The notes beneath the pieces were generated by a model. It was not told where the DNA came from. It worked only from the letters and a program-made list of their open reading frames with translations, and searched no databases. 64,000 bases of DNA from a virus, in IMG/VR virus record IMGVR_UViG_3300045119_000200, positions 8,813 through 72,812 of that record; one strand, written 5' to 3'. Numbering within the stretch: the stretch's first letter is position 1; each line of letters begins with the position of its first letter. Shown in pieces: positions 8,110 through 18,869 of the stretch. The translations under genes and the position numbers were made by a program.

Positions 8110-10968
8110 ATGGAACATTTAAGTGAACATATTGAGAGTAGTATAGTTACGCTGCTCGAAGGTCTTGACCTTGATATACAAATTGACTACAGAATTCAGA
8201 ATGATAGTGAGTATAAGAACTTTATCGGTTCTCATATAAATATTGAACTGAAGACCAGAGCCAAGTTGAAAGGTAAGATCAAAAACGTGGAGGATAAGGA
8301 ATTCACCATAACATATTTCGTTGTTAACGGGAAGGAAAGAACTCTTACGGAAAAGACAATAAAGTTCACCTCTGTTAAAACAGCCAGAGTATTCGATGAA
8401 GAATCAAGTATCTTGGAACCTGATAAAATGAAACAGATTATCGGTTCCAAGATTTCTTCGTTTAAATCAATCACGACAATCCTTAATCGTTGGGCCTCTT
8501 CTCCGAATGCACCAAGTAAGGATAAAGTGAGATATTATATGGATAAAATAGTTGAGTCCGGTGAAAAAGCTTTACAGTTCTTATACAAAGCTTTGTCTCA
8601 CGATATTGACTATGATTCTATTGAAATCCATAAGATTCAAAATGCTGCCGCTGCAAAGCCTCTTATCTTAGATGCTATTTACGATCTGGATTCAAATATC
8701 AAAGAGATCAAAGAAAAGCTGCTGTCGGATGATATGACATTGGTTGAACGAGAATTCAGACTGGGTTATCCAGAACGTTTTGCTAAAGGTGAATTTTTCC
8801 CAATAGGGAATTACTTCAAAGACTGGTATGATGCCCCTACAGATTCCGTAAAAATCTGTCCATTTGGTACAAGTGGGCAATCCATAGTCTTAGAAGATTT
8901 GAGGATCATTTTACCGAAAAAGCCAAGGAATAAAAAAGAGATTCTTTTCTCTGATTTTCCGAAGAAAGAACAGTATTGGAGACGACCAGAAATCCCCGAT
9001 ACAATCACACCTGATAATCAGGATCAATGGGATGATTTCATTAAAGAAGAATTCAGACGTAGACGAGAAGGAATTTGGTTCATGAATAACGGTGAAGCTG
9101 TTTATTTAACAGGGAATCATTATTATGCTTTGACCCATTGTAAGATGTTGGATACCGGTGGTTACATGGATTATCGTGAAGCACAGAGAGATATTTTTTA
9201 TCATGTTCAGGCGTGTATCGTTGATGATCGTTGTCTTGGACAACTGTTTGTTAAATCAAGACGTACAGGATTTACATACATCATTCTTTGTTGTTTCGCT
9301 AATGACTCAACTGGTATGAGAAATAAAAACTTTGGAATCACTTCTAAATCTGACGATGATGCTAAAAAAGCGTTTATCAAATTCAGATATATGTTGTTGA
9401 ACCTTCCTTTCTATTTCATTCCGTTGATTAAAGGTAAAGTCGATTCTCCGAAAGAGTTTGAGTTTGGGGCTCCAATGAGCAACTCTCGTGCTACAAAGAA
9501 AAGTAAAACTTTCGTATTAGATGATTATCTGAATAATCTTATTGACTATGAGCCAACTAAAAATGACTCTTATGATGGTCAAGCGTTATTCCGTTATCTT
9601 GGAGATGAAGCAGGGAAGTGGAAAAAACCAATGGATTATATTCAGCATTTTGGTCAGATCTCTCCGACCATGAACCAAGGTGGTAGAATCGTTGGTAAAT
9701 CATTTATCGGATCAACTGTAGGTGCAATGAACCAAGGTGGATCTCAGTTTAAAGAAATGTGGAATTCTTCTGATGTTAAGCAGAGAGATCCGGTTACAAG
9801 AATGACAGGTTCAGGATTGTACAGATTCTTTTTGGCAGCACAGAAAAACATGGAGGAGTTCACAGACAAATATGGAAAATGTCATGAAATTGTTCCAGAT
9901 GTTCCTACTTATAATGTAGCCGGCAAACTTATCAGAGTTGGTGCTATTCATTATTTGGAATCTCAGGAAGGTATGAAAAAGAAGATCTCAGATAAATCTC
10001 TTAACGAACAGTACAGAGCGTATCCAAGAACAATCGATCATGCTTTCCGTGATGAAGCAAATGAGTGTGTTTACAACATCACCAAGCTTTATGAACAAAT
10101 GGAACACAATGATTTGATGGAAGAAAACCAGAAATATATCATTGGTAATTTCGAATGGGTCAATGAAATTGATGGAGATGTGTTCTTCGCTCCGAATCCA
10201 AATGGTAGATTTAAGGTAGCGTGGTTACCTTCAGCTATTGATGGAACAGAAGGATTGGCAAACAGAGTTGAGCAAAGAGGAGATAAATTCTATCCTTTGA
10301 ACTTAGAATGCGTGAGATTTGGTTGTGACCCTTTCTCATTGAAATCCACACATGGAGAAGGATCTAAAGGTGCTATTCATGGAAAAACAATTCTGATTCC
10401 GGAAGGAGGGGCACCAAGTAATGAATTCGTTATTGAATATATTGCTCGTCCACAGGATGAAACGATTTTCTTCGAAGACGTTATTAAAGTGATCAGATAT
10501 TACGGGGCACCAATCCTTGTTGAATCAAACAGAATCGATTTACTTCGTCATATGAGAAACAGAGGTTATAGACCGTTTGCGATGAATAGATTAGATAAAC
10601 CACTTAATAAATTGAATCCAAACGAATTGGAATATGGTGGTCAAACAATGTCTGGAAAAGATATTCTTGATTCACATATGAACGGTATTGGAGTTTGGAT
10701 TGAAAAATATGTTGGATTATCTGTGACTGAGGAATTTAGATTAGAAGGAGAAATGGGAAATATGCCTTTCAACGAAACGTTAAAAGACTGGTTGAAATTC
10801 GATCCGGATAATAGAACTAAGTACGATGCTACTATTTCAAGCGGTTTGGCAATAATGGCCTGTTCCACTGAAAAGTACAAAGGTGTCAAAAAAGAACGTA
10901 AGCCAAAAATCGTTAACTTTGTAAAAAAATTCAACAATAACGGAAACGTCGGACAAAGAATAAATTAA
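8110..10968 (+). CDS. terL: terminase large subunit with N-terminal extension
   Basis: KSRRTGFT Walker A, YLGDEAGKW Walker B, FGCDPF and YDATISSGLA nuclease motifs; ATG 8110 follows previous stop. Confidence 0.9.
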   Translation: MEHLSEHIESSIVTLLEGLDLDIQIDYRIQNDSEYKNFIGSHINIELKTRAKLKGKIKNVEDKEFTITYFVVNGKERTLTEKTIKFTSVKTARVFDEESSILEPDKMKQIIGSKISSFKSITTILNRWASSPNAPSKDKVRYYMDKIVESGEKALQFLYKALSHDIDYDSIEIHKIQNAAAAKPLILDAIYDLDSNIKEIKEKLLSDDMTLVEREFRLGYPERFAKGEFFPIGNYFKDWYDAPTDSVKICPFGTSGQSIVLEDLRIILPKKPRNKKEILFSDFPKKEQYWRRPEIPDTITPDNQDQWDDFIKEEFRRRREGIWFMNNGEAVYLTGNHYYALTHCKMLDTGGYMDYREAQRDIFYHVQACIVDDRCLGQLFVKSRRTGFTYIILCCFANDSTGMRNKNFGITSKSDDDAKKAFIKFRYMLLNLPFYFIPLIKGKVDSPKEFEFGAPMSNSRATKKSKTFVLDDYLNNLIDYEPTKNDSYDGQALFRYLGDEAGKWKKPMDYIQHFGQISPTMNQGGRIVGKSFIGSTVGAMNQGGSQFKEMWNSSDVKQRDPVTRMTGSGLYRFFLAAQKNMEEFTDKYGKCHEIVPDVPTYNVAGKLIRVGAIHYLESQEGMKKKISDKSLNEQYRAYPRTIDHAFRDEANECVYNITKLYEQMEHNDLMEENQKYIIGNFEWVNEIDGDVFFAPNPNGRFKVAWLPSAIDGTEGLANRVEQRGDKFYPLNLECVRFGCDPFSLKSTHGEGSKGAIHGKTILIPEGGAPSNEFVIEYIARPQDETIFFEDVIKVIRYYGAPILVESNRIDLLRHMRNRGYRPFAMNRLDKPLNKLNPNELEYGGQTMSGKDILDSHMNGIGVWIEKYVGLSVTEEFRLEGEMGNMPFNETLKDWLKFDPDNRTKYDATISSGLAIMACSTEKYKGVKKERKPKIVNFVKKFNNNGNVGQRIN

Positions 10969-10970
10969 AA

Positions 10971-13487
10971 ATGAAAATAGATAAAAAACAAGTTATACCA
11001 AACATAGGATTTCCTGATCATCTTGCTTCGGATGAAACAAAGAATACTGAAGAGTTTGGTTTACAAATGGCTCAGGCCATACAGTACGAATGGTTCCGTC
11101 GCCCCAATGGTGGCGGATCTTGTCCGTTCTATGATCAAAGAGACGAATATCATAAACTAAGATTGTACGCAAGAGGTGAACAATCAACCAAGATATATAA
11201 GGATTTACTTAACGGTGGTGATGATGATTCGTACTCAAACTATGACTGGCGACCGTTACAAATTATTCCTAAATTTGTCAAGCTGATTGTTAACCAAATG
11301 AGCGAAAGACTGTTTGATATTAAAGCTGAAGCAACTGATAAATTTTCGACAGATTTAAAAGACGGTTATAGAAACGCTTTGCAAAGTATGATGATCGCTC
11401 GTCCTATTATGGAGGAAGCTAAGAATCAATTGGGAATCGATATGTTCCCTGAAGGATTCGAAACATATCCTCATACTCAGGAAGAAATTGATCTTCATAT
11501 GCAACTTGAATATAAGCCGGCTATTGAAATCGCCTGTGAAGAAGCGTTGAAGTTCACATTAGATTTGAATGATTATGCTGAAACTCAAAGTAAAATAATT
11601 GAAGATATTGTTGTCCTTGGTAAAGGTGGATTGAAACATTCTACAGACCTTGGTAAAGGAATCGCTGTTAAATATTGTGATCCAGCAATGATGATCAATT
11701 CTTTTGCTAGAAAAAGAAATTTTGAAGACGTTTATTATTACGGGGAAGTTGAAAGAATTTCAATCAATGAGTTGAAAAGAATTTCTAACAATCGTTATAC
11801 AGATGACGAGTTGAGAGAAATGGTCGCTCAATCTTCTGAGTTCTACAGATATGAGAACAATACGAATGAAGGAAGTAATATCAATTCTGATGACTTCGCT
11901 GGAATGATGGTAGACGTAATGAATTTCACATTCAAATCAACCAACACTCTTTCTTTCAAAAAGAAGTACATGAGCAATGGTGGATTCAAAATGACAAAGA
12001 AAGAAAGTACTTTCAACAAAGGGAAATATGCCGAAGGGTTTGATGCTGTAAAGAAAACGATTGATGTTTGGTATGAAGGAACGATTGTTCTGGGTACTGA
12101 ATTTATATTCAATTATGGATTATGTAAGAACATGATCAGGCCTGAAGGATTGCTTAATATCACAATTCCTAATTTTATTTTCTTTGCTCCGGAACTTTAT
12201 CAAAACAGAACCAGATCAACAGTTCAGAGAATTATTCCTTATGTTGATCAGATGCAACAGATTCATATTAAGATTCAACAATTGGTTGCTAAAGCAAGGC
12301 CGAATGGTATATTTATCGATATTGATGGATTAAGTGAAATTGATTTAGGTGATGGTAATATTCTTACACCGCTTCAATTGATCAAAATTTATGATCAGAC
12401 TGGTAATATTATTGGTACATCTGTGACAGCTGAAGGCGATTATAATTACGGAAGATCTCCGATTCAAGAACTTAAAAACGGTATTGTTTCAGGACTTCCA
12501 GAATTGATTAATCTTTACAATCATTATATGAACTTAGTTCGTGATGCAATAGGAATTCCTGTGGGAGCCGATGCTTCTACGCCTCACCCTGATATGCTTG
12601 TTGGAGTTCAACAACAATTGGCTCTTAACTCAAATACAGCGTTGAGACATATTCTTGATGCATCATTGAGTATTAGTCAGAAATTAGGGAAAGGACTCGC
12701 ATTGAGATTGAAAGATATTTTCAAATATCCAAATTTGAAAAATGTTTATATCAATGCGATTGGTAAATTAAACGTCGATGTGTTGAAAGCATTGGAAAAT
12801 TATCATATTCATGATCTTGGTATTAATATTGAATTAAAACCAGATTTCCAAGAAGAACAACAATTGGAAATAAATATAAACAACGCTATAGCTAAGGGGC
12901 TTATTGGTGTAGAAGATGCGATCGATATTAAAAGTATCAAGAACATCAAACTTGCGAATCAGTTGTTAAAAGTGAGAAAAGCTAAGAAAGAAGCAACCGA
13001 AAGAGCGCATCAAGAAAAGATGATTCAGGTACAAGGTCAAAGTCAAGCACAAGCTGCTCAGGCCGCTGGTCAAGCAAAACAACAAGAAATTCAAATTGGA
13101 GCCCAAGCTGAGATCGCTGTTGTTGATGCTAAGAAACAGGCTAAGTTAGCAGAGATTGATGCTGAGACACAAGCTAAAGCGATGTTAATGGAAAAAGAAT
13201 TCCATTATAACATGGTGTTAAAAGGAATAACTGATTCACAAGCGCAACAATTACAAGAGCAAGCGGAGAACAGAAAAGATGCGAGACAAGATAAGCAGAA
13301 CACCCAGATGTCTGCTATTCAAGAACAAAAAATGAAAGGACTACCTGCTCAGGATTTTAGCAAAGGTGAAAACCCTGCGATGCCGACAGAGCCGATACAG
13401 AATGCTCAACAAGATCTTGGGACATTCGAAAGTAGTAACGATCATGTAAACGGTGATATGGGACTTGGGGATTTAGAACCACAGTAA
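10971..13487 (+). CDS. portal protein
   Basis: follows terminase; LYARGEQ, DWRPLQIIPKFV, Q-rich coiled C-terminus. Confidence 0.8.
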   Translation: MKIDKKQVIPNIGFPDHLASDETKNTEEFGLQMAQAIQYEWFRRPNGGGSCPFYDQRDEYHKLRLYARGEQSTKIYKDLLNGGDDDSYSNYDWRPLQIIPKFVKLIVNQMSERLFDIKAEATDKFSTDLKDGYRNALQSMMIARPIMEEAKNQLGIDMFPEGFETYPHTQEEIDLHMQLEYKPAIEIACEEALKFTLDLNDYAETQSKIIEDIVVLGKGGLKHSTDLGKGIAVKYCDPAMMINSFARKRNFEDVYYYGEVERISINELKRISNNRYTDDELREMVAQSSEFYRYENNTNEGSNINSDDFAGMMVDVMNFTFKSTNTLSFKKKYMSNGGFKMTKKESTFNKGKYAEGFDAVKKTIDVWYEGTIVLGTEFIFNYGLCKNMIRPEGLLNITIPNFIFFAPELYQNRTRSTVQRIIPYVDQMQQIHIKIQQLVAKARPNGIFIDIDGLSEIDLGDGNILTPLQLIKIYDQTGNIIGTSVTAEGDYNYGRSPIQELKNGIVSGLPELINLYNHYMNLVRDAIGIPVGADASTPHPDMLVGVQQQLALNSNTALRHILDASLSISQKLGKGLALRLKDIFKYPNLKNVYINAIGKLNVDVLKALENYHIHDLGINIELKPDFQEEQQLEININNAIAKGLIGVEDAIDIKSIKNIKLANQLLKVRKAKKEATERAHQEKMIQVQGQSQAQAAQAAGQAKQQEIQIGAQAEIAVVDAKKQAKLAEIDAETQAKAMLMEKEFHYNMVLKGITDSQAQQLQEQAENRKDARQDKQNTQMSAIQEQKMKGLPAQDFSKGENPAMPTEPIQNAQQDLGTFESSNDHVNGDMGLGDLEPQ

Positions 13488-13507
13488 AATTACCCATAGA
13501 AAAAATT

Positions 13508-13518
13508 TAGTATATTTG
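13508..13518 (+). promoter_or_regulatory. -7 promoter of scaffold/capsid operon
   Basis: TATATTTG 20 nt before ATG. Confidence 0.6.
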
Positions 13519-13537
13519 CATAATCAAATTGAATAAA

Positions 13538-14695
13538 ATGTCAGACCAACAAAACAAAATCAATTTCGGAGACGATGTTGATATTACTGGAATCGAACAA
13601 AGAGGTCCAGAAAAACAGGCGAATGAATTACCTGATGAAGTAATTGTCGGAGGAGAATCAAATGATAATCCTGATAACAATCAACCACCAGCTGATCAAG
13701 GTCAACCGCCAGTAGAAACAAACACAGGAGGTGACGAGCCACCAGTAGATAATCAACCACCGGTTGAAAACCAAATCGAACTTAATGATGATTTAGTTTT
13801 TGAATACCTTAGCAAGTCGCAAGGTAAAGAGATCAAAAGCTTAGATGATCTAATTGTTAGAGAAGAAGTCAATCCACTTGATAATGATCCTTATATGAAA
13901 GGCTTATTTGAATGGAGACAAAAAACCGGAAGAAATGTTGAAGAATATTTCGAATTTCAAAAAGATTGGAGCAAAGAAAATGATCTTACAGTTGCAAGAA
14001 AGTATCTGCAAATTAAGTATCCAAATTTCGATGATTCAGAGATCGATTATGAAATGAGAAAAATCACTCCTACTGAAGAAGACTATGAAGATGACGCTAT
14101 TGCGAAAAAGATTGAACTAAAGAAACTTGCTACTGAAGGCAGAGCAAAATTTACAGAGTTCCAAGCTGATTTGGGAAATCCTACGGAAGTAAGATATTCA
14201 CCGGAAGTTCAGCAGGATCTTGAATTAGCCAAATTGGTTAAACAAGATTATCAATCTAATCAGCAAAGGCTTGCAGAATATGGTCAAGGTATCGTTCAAG
14301 CCTCACAAAATATGCAGACGATTCCGTTGAAGATCACGGAAGATTTATCTATCGACTTTGCTGTATCAGAAGACAGAAGAAAATCTCTTCCTGAAATGAT
14401 CGGCACCATGCCAAATTGGCATAATGAAGATGGAAGCTGGAATCATGCGAAAGTAGTTGAAGACGGTTTGAAAGCCTTATACTTCGATGAAATTTTAAAA
14501 GTGGCCGTTGATCAAGCATTCAATGCAGGTCAAGAGGCTGTGTTAAAACAGGGAAACAATACAGTTACCACTAATCCAACTCCTATGAGTTCTGAAAACA
14601 ATAATCGTGCCAAAGACATTGTTGTTGAAGGACAAGATGATTTATTTAATAAAAGAGGTCATCAAATTAGATTTGGGAAAGGATTTGGTAAATAA
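13538..14695 (+). CDS. putative scaffold protein
   Basis: acidic, low-complexity N-terminus; between portal and capsid. Confidence 0.55.
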   Translation: MSDQQNKINFGDDVDITGIEQRGPEKQANELPDEVIVGGESNDNPDNNQPPADQGQPPVETNTGGDEPPVDNQPPVENQIELNDDLVFEYLSKSQGKEIKSLDDLIVREEVNPLDNDPYMKGLFEWRQKTGRNVEEYFEFQKDWSKENDLTVARKYLQIKYPNFDDSEIDYEMRKITPTEEDYEDDAIAKKIELKKLATEGRAKFTEFQADLGNPTEVRYSPEVQQDLELAKLVKQDYQSNQQRLAEYGQGIVQASQNMQTIPLKITEDLSIDFAVSEDRRKSLPEMIGTMPNWHNEDGSWNHAKVVEDGLKALYFDEILKVAVDQAFNAGQEAVLKQGNNTVTTNPTPMSSENNNRAKDIVVEGQDDLFNKRGHQIRFGKGFGK

Positions 14696-14722
14696 TAAAA
14701 ATTTTAAATTTAAAATAACAAC

Positions 14723-16069
14723 ATGGCACTAAACGATGTACCAAGCGTAAAGCTTACACCATCAGCTGAAAAGGTTCAATTACCTACAAATTACGTTTCA
14801 TATTATGATTTTTCAAGTCAGTTTATTCCTGATACTCATGAAGAAATGGCATGCACATACGGTAACCAGTCAATCGCTGGTATGCTTTATATGTTTGGTA
14901 ATGAAAGCGGAATGTCAGCCGATAAAACAATTTGGACTGAAGAAGGGAGATTACACACAGTTTACAAAGATGTTTCCAGAACAGGAAATGTTTTTTCTAA
15001 AGCTAATCACAATTTCAGAAACAATGAGATCTTGATGATCAGTGATGGATCAACTACAAGAAAAGTTCTTGTTACAGCGAACGACGATAATACTTTTACA
15101 GTAGCTGCTTATAAAAACGCAGGTTTGTCAGGATTCGCTACAACAAATATTACAGCTTTCAGTATTGGTTCCGAGTTCAGAAAAGGAACTTCTGGTATGA
15201 AAGGTTCACTAGAATCTGATTTCACAGTATTGGAAAATAAACCAATTATCCTTAAAGATGTATTTGAAGTATCAGGTTCTGATGCAACAAACATCGGATG
15301 GATCAAGACTCCACAAGGGTACTACTGGTACATGAAGTCTGAGATGGATACAAGACGTAGATGGGAGGACAGATTAGAATTAGCTATGATTTTCGGTGAG
15401 AAAGCCGATGTAGGATCTGAAGCTGACGCTAAAGGATTCACTGGTACCGAAGGTCTTATTGAAGCCGTTGAAACAAGAGGAAACGTATTTCAAGGTATTC
15501 CTGACGAATTGACTGATTGGGATACAATCTTAAAAAGATTCGATGCTCAGGGTAAAATTCAAGATTACATGGGATATGTTGACAGAGATTTCTCTCTTGG
15601 TGTAGATAACATGTTAGGAACTCTTAACGCTGGTTACAACGGTGGTGTTTCTTACGGTATCTTCCAAAACAGTGAGCAAATGGCTGTGAACTTAGGGTTC
15701 AGAGGATTCAAAAGAGGAACTTATAACTTCTTCAAAACTGACTGGAAATTACTTAATGATCCAACCTTAATTGGGGCTATTCCGGCAGCAGCTGGTAAAG
15801 TAAGAGGACTTTTAATTCCTGTAGGAACTAAAGAAGTTTACGACGGTGTTTACAATGGAGTTTCTGGTGGTCAAAAAATCACTACTCCGTTCTTAGAACA
15901 AAAATATAAAGTTGGACCAAACGAAAACAGAAAATACAAAACTTGGGTACTTGGTACTGTAGGTGGAGTTCATACTAACGATAATGATAACATGGAAGTC
16001 CATCACTTATCAGAACGTTTGTTAAAAACTGTTGGAGCAAACAACTTCATGGTATTCAAAGGAAACTAA
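14723..16069 (+). CDS. major capsid protein
   Basis: 448 aa, synteny, WTEEGRLH, FEVSGSD, GTEGL motifs, strong codon bias, downstream terminator. Confidence 0.8.
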   Translation: MALNDVPSVKLTPSAEKVQLPTNYVSYYDFSSQFIPDTHEEMACTYGNQSIAGMLYMFGNESGMSADKTIWTEEGRLHTVYKDVSRTGNVFSKANHNFRNNEILMISDGSTTRKVLVTANDDNTFTVAAYKNAGLSGFATTNITAFSIGSEFRKGTSGMKGSLESDFTVLENKPIILKDVFEVSGSDATNIGWIKTPQGYYWYMKSEMDTRRRWEDRLELAMIFGEKADVGSEADAKGFTGTEGLIEAVETRGNVFQGIPDELTDWDTILKRFDAQGKIQDYMGYVDRDFSLGVDNMLGTLNAGYNGGVSYGIFQNSEQMAVNLGFRGFKRGTYNFFKTDWKLLNDPTLIGAIPAAAGKVRGLLIPVGTKEVYDGVYNGVSGGQKITTPFLEQKYKVGPNENRKYKTWVLGTVGGVHTNDNDNMEVHHLSERLLKTVGANNFMVFKGN

Positions 16070-16086
16070 GAATATCTAAAATAAAT

Positions 16087-16119
16087 AAGAAGAGGGTTTT
16101 TATTAATCCTCTTCTTTTT
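16087..16119 (+). terminator. intrinsic terminator after MCP
   Basis: AAGAAGAGGGTT...AATCCTCTTCTT + T-run. Confidence 0.75.
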
Positions 16120-16142
16120 CAATAAAATTAAATATTAATACG

Positions 16143-16937
16143 ATGGCAACAGCTGCAAAAACAAAAAAACTTAAAGACAAATCTTATAGACTACTTGGAG
16201 AAATCGCTCCTTTAACTTTTTTATTACAAGTAGGAAAAAATAAAAAATTACTCGTTTTTGATAAAACGAAACAAAGAAATAGATCGGTGAGACATTGCCC
16301 TAATGAACAATCTATATTTATTGATGAACAATCTGACAACGCTGTATGTGAACCAATTATGTTTCTAACAGGTATCTTAGATGTTGATCAATACAATGTT
16401 CATACGCAAGAATTCATGGATAATCATCCGGATAATAGAGCAAATGGAGGCATTTGGTTTGAAGAAATAGATGAAGCTGCGGAAGCAACAGAAGATGTTG
16501 AAACTGAAGAATTGATCCAAGATATTAAGAACATGATTCGTAATAAATACAAAGAAAAAGATGGAGTTGCCAAATTAGAAATGGTTGTTTCAATTTTATT
16601 CGGATCACTCGATCAAGCGGCTAAGCTAACACCAGATGAATTGAAACGAGTTTTATATACTGAAGCCGAAGATAATCCGAAATTCTTTATCAATGAAACA
16701 ACCAAAGAAGTTGATGTATTTGATAATGAATTAAACACTAGAAAATATATTACTTTAAGAGGTCTTAAAAATGGTATTATTTCAAAAAGTTTAAACGGAA
16801 GATCAATGGTTTGGGGAAGTGATAAAAAAAATATTATTTACACTGCACCAGTCGGAAAAGACTTGACAGAATCTTTTGCTAACTATCTTGAAACAGATGA
16901 AGGTATATTGGTTATGTCAGAACTAATAAAAAACTAA
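16143..16937 (+). CDS. putative structural/cargo protein
   Basis: synteny after MCP. Confidence 0.45.
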   Translation: MATAAKTKKLKDKSYRLLGEIAPLTFLLQVGKNKKLLVFDKTKQRNRSVRHCPNEQSIFIDEQSDNAVCEPIMFLTGILDVDQYNVHTQEFMDNHPDNRANGGIWFEEIDEAAEATEDVETEELIQDIKNMIRNKYKEKDGVAKLEMVVSILFGSLDQAAKLTPDELKRVLYTEAEDNPKFFINETTKEVDVFDNELNTRKYITLRGLKNGIISKSLNGRSMVWGSDKKNIIYTAPVGKDLTESFANYLETDEGILVMSELIKN

Positions 16938-16953
16938 AATAAACTTGATATAT

Positions 16954-16994
16954 AAACCTCCTATTTTGCGATAGGAGGTTTTTTCGTATCTTTG
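16954..16994 (+). terminator. terminator overlapping a -33/-7 promoter
   Basis: AAACCTCCTAT-loop-ATAGGAGGTTT; TTTG 16965-68 and TATCTTTG 16987-94. Confidence 0.75.
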
Positions 16995-17020
16995 TGTTAT
17001 TAAAAAATTAAAGCAAGAAA

Positions 17021-17716
17021 ATGATAGACTTGATTTTTAGAGTGGTCCAAGCGATCATTAATAAAGAAAACAACGGCTACGTTTCTCCATCTGAATTCAA
17101 TCGAATCGCTAAATTAGTACAAGACGAAATATTCGAAATGTATTTTGATAATGAAAATCGAGACAAGAATAGAAAGAACCGAGGACTGACAAATAAAGGT
17201 TATGGGAACCTTGATTCTAATCAACGACAAAAAATCACACAATTAGCCGAAATGGCTTTGTTAACTAAAGTCGCTGGTAAATTCAATCTCCCTACAGACT
17301 GGTACTTCATTGAAGATAAAGGGATCTTTTCTGACCCTGCTGGAAAAGTTGTTGAAGAATGTGAGAAAAGCAATTTAGGTTATCTTAGAAATTCTAAAGG
17401 GAAACCTTCGGAGACATTTCCGATTTACGAGCAGTTTAAAAATTATCTGGTAGTTTATCCTTCCACAATTGAGAACATCGAAATTCGGTACATACGTACC
17501 CCTAAAAATCCAAACTGGACATATGTGGTTGTAGCTGGAAAAGAACAATTCGATGCATCAAACGGAGATTATCAAGATTTTGAACTTCATGTATCAGAAT
17601 TTAACAATTTGGTAATTCGAATATTATCTTATTTCTCAATCAATTTAAGAGAAGAAGAAGTAACAAGAATTGCTGAATCATTGAAAGATAAAAAAACATC
17701 AAACGAAAATAATTAA
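17021..17716 (+). CDS. tail ring/adaptor protein
   Basis: NKENNGYVSP.EFN, YIRTPKNPNW.Y, DFELH; synteny. Confidence 0.6.
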   Translation: MIDLIFRVVQAIINKENNGYVSPSEFNRIAKLVQDEIFEMYFDNENRDKNRKNRGLTNKGYGNLDSNQRQKITQLAEMALLTKVAGKFNLPTDWYFIEDKGIFSDPAGKVVEECEKSNLGYLRNSKGKPSETFPIYEQFKNYLVVYPSTIENIEIRYIRTPKNPNWTYVVVAGKEQFDASNGDYQDFELHVSEFNNLVIRILSYFSINLREEEVTRIAESLKDKKTSNENN

Positions 17717-17718
17717 TA

Positions 17719-18585
17719 ATGTCAGCATACGATTATTACGAAAATCCTGAAGAATGGGGTAATTATCAGAACGTCACCTTAGAAGAAATCATCAACGATT
17801 TCATGGCTGGTGGAGATCCAGATGATTACACTTCGACAGTAACAAGAGCCCAAGTGCTGATTAAAGCACGAAGAGCATTACAAGAACTGTACTTCGATGT
17901 ATCAAATGATATACGAGCGATCAGTTTAACAATTGATAAACGCCTAACAATGGTGTTACCACCAGATTATGTTGATTATGTTAGAATTTCATGGGTAGAC
18001 CAAAATGGAATATTACACCCAATTGCAGCGAATAGAAACAAGGCTGCCGCTCAGACTTATTTGCAGGATCATGAATATAACATCCTATTTGACGGGGAGG
18101 GATGTGTACTTACTGATTCGAGTTATGTCGCTTCTGCTGGCGACAGCTTAGTAGACGGAGATAAAGCAAGAAGTAAAAGATCAGATGGTTGTGAGTGTTA
18201 TGGTTTTGCTCCAAACGTCAACTTTGCAAATGTTTATAACCATGGAAGCTTTGTAGTAAACAAATCGATGGGTGTGATTCAGTTCAGTTCTGACATTGAG
18301 TCAAAGAGCATTGTTCTGGAATATGTTTCAGATGGTTTGTTTAGAGGATGCTCAGGAAAAGATGATGGTCAAATATCGATCCATAAATTCTGTGAATCAG
18401 CTGTACAAAATTATATTTATTTTGAACTGATTAAAAACAGACGAAATGTTCCGTATAATGAAAAGGCCAGAGCAAGGAAAGAATATTATAATTCTCGACG
18501 AATAGCTAAAAGAAGATTAGGTGGTATGAAACTTGCTGATATTCTCCAAGCTTTCAAAGGGGGAAGTCGATGGATTAAAGCATAA
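17719..18585 (+). CDS. tail ring/structural protein
   Basis: LPPDYVDYVRIS, IVLEYVSDGL; synteny. Confidence 0.55.
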   Translation: MSAYDYYENPEEWGNYQNVTLEEIINDFMAGGDPDDYTSTVTRAQVLIKARRALQELYFDVSNDIRAISLTIDKRLTMVLPPDYVDYVRISWVDQNGILHPIAANRNKAAAQTYLQDHEYNILFDGEGCVLTDSSYVASAGDSLVDGDKARSKRSDGCECYGFAPNVNFANVYNHGSFVVNKSMGVIQFSSDIESKSIVLEYVSDGLFRGCSGKDDGQISIHKFCESAVQNYIYFELIKNRRNVPYNEKARARKEYYNSRRIAKRRLGGMKLADILQAFKGGSRWIKA

Positions 18586-18602
18586 CAATTAAATTAAACA
18601 GA

Positions 18603-18869
18603 ATGGAAATTAAACGATTACTGAACGGAAACGTTCTTGTAAGACCAGTTAAAAAAGAAGAAAATAAAACAGCGGGAGGATTGATCATAATTCCAACAGC
18701 AAATACAAAAAGTGTTAATGAGGTTGAAATACTTCAGCTTCCGGAAAACGCAGGAAGTTACGAAGTTGGAGATATTGCTCTGGTTTCACTATATGCTGGA
18801 ATACCGTATAATATTGATGGTGAAGATGTATTGATCGTCAACCTGCAAGAAATCATTTTAGTTTTATAA
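18603..18869 (+). CDS. groES: GroES co-chaperonin
   Basis: VLVRP..EE.KTAGGLII.P, VGD..L...YAG....IDGE..LI....EI. Confidence 0.85.
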   Translation: MEIKRLLNGNVLVRPVKKEENKTAGGLIIIPTANTKSVNEVEILQLPENAGSYEVGDIALVSLYAGIPYNIDGEDVLIVNLQEIILVL

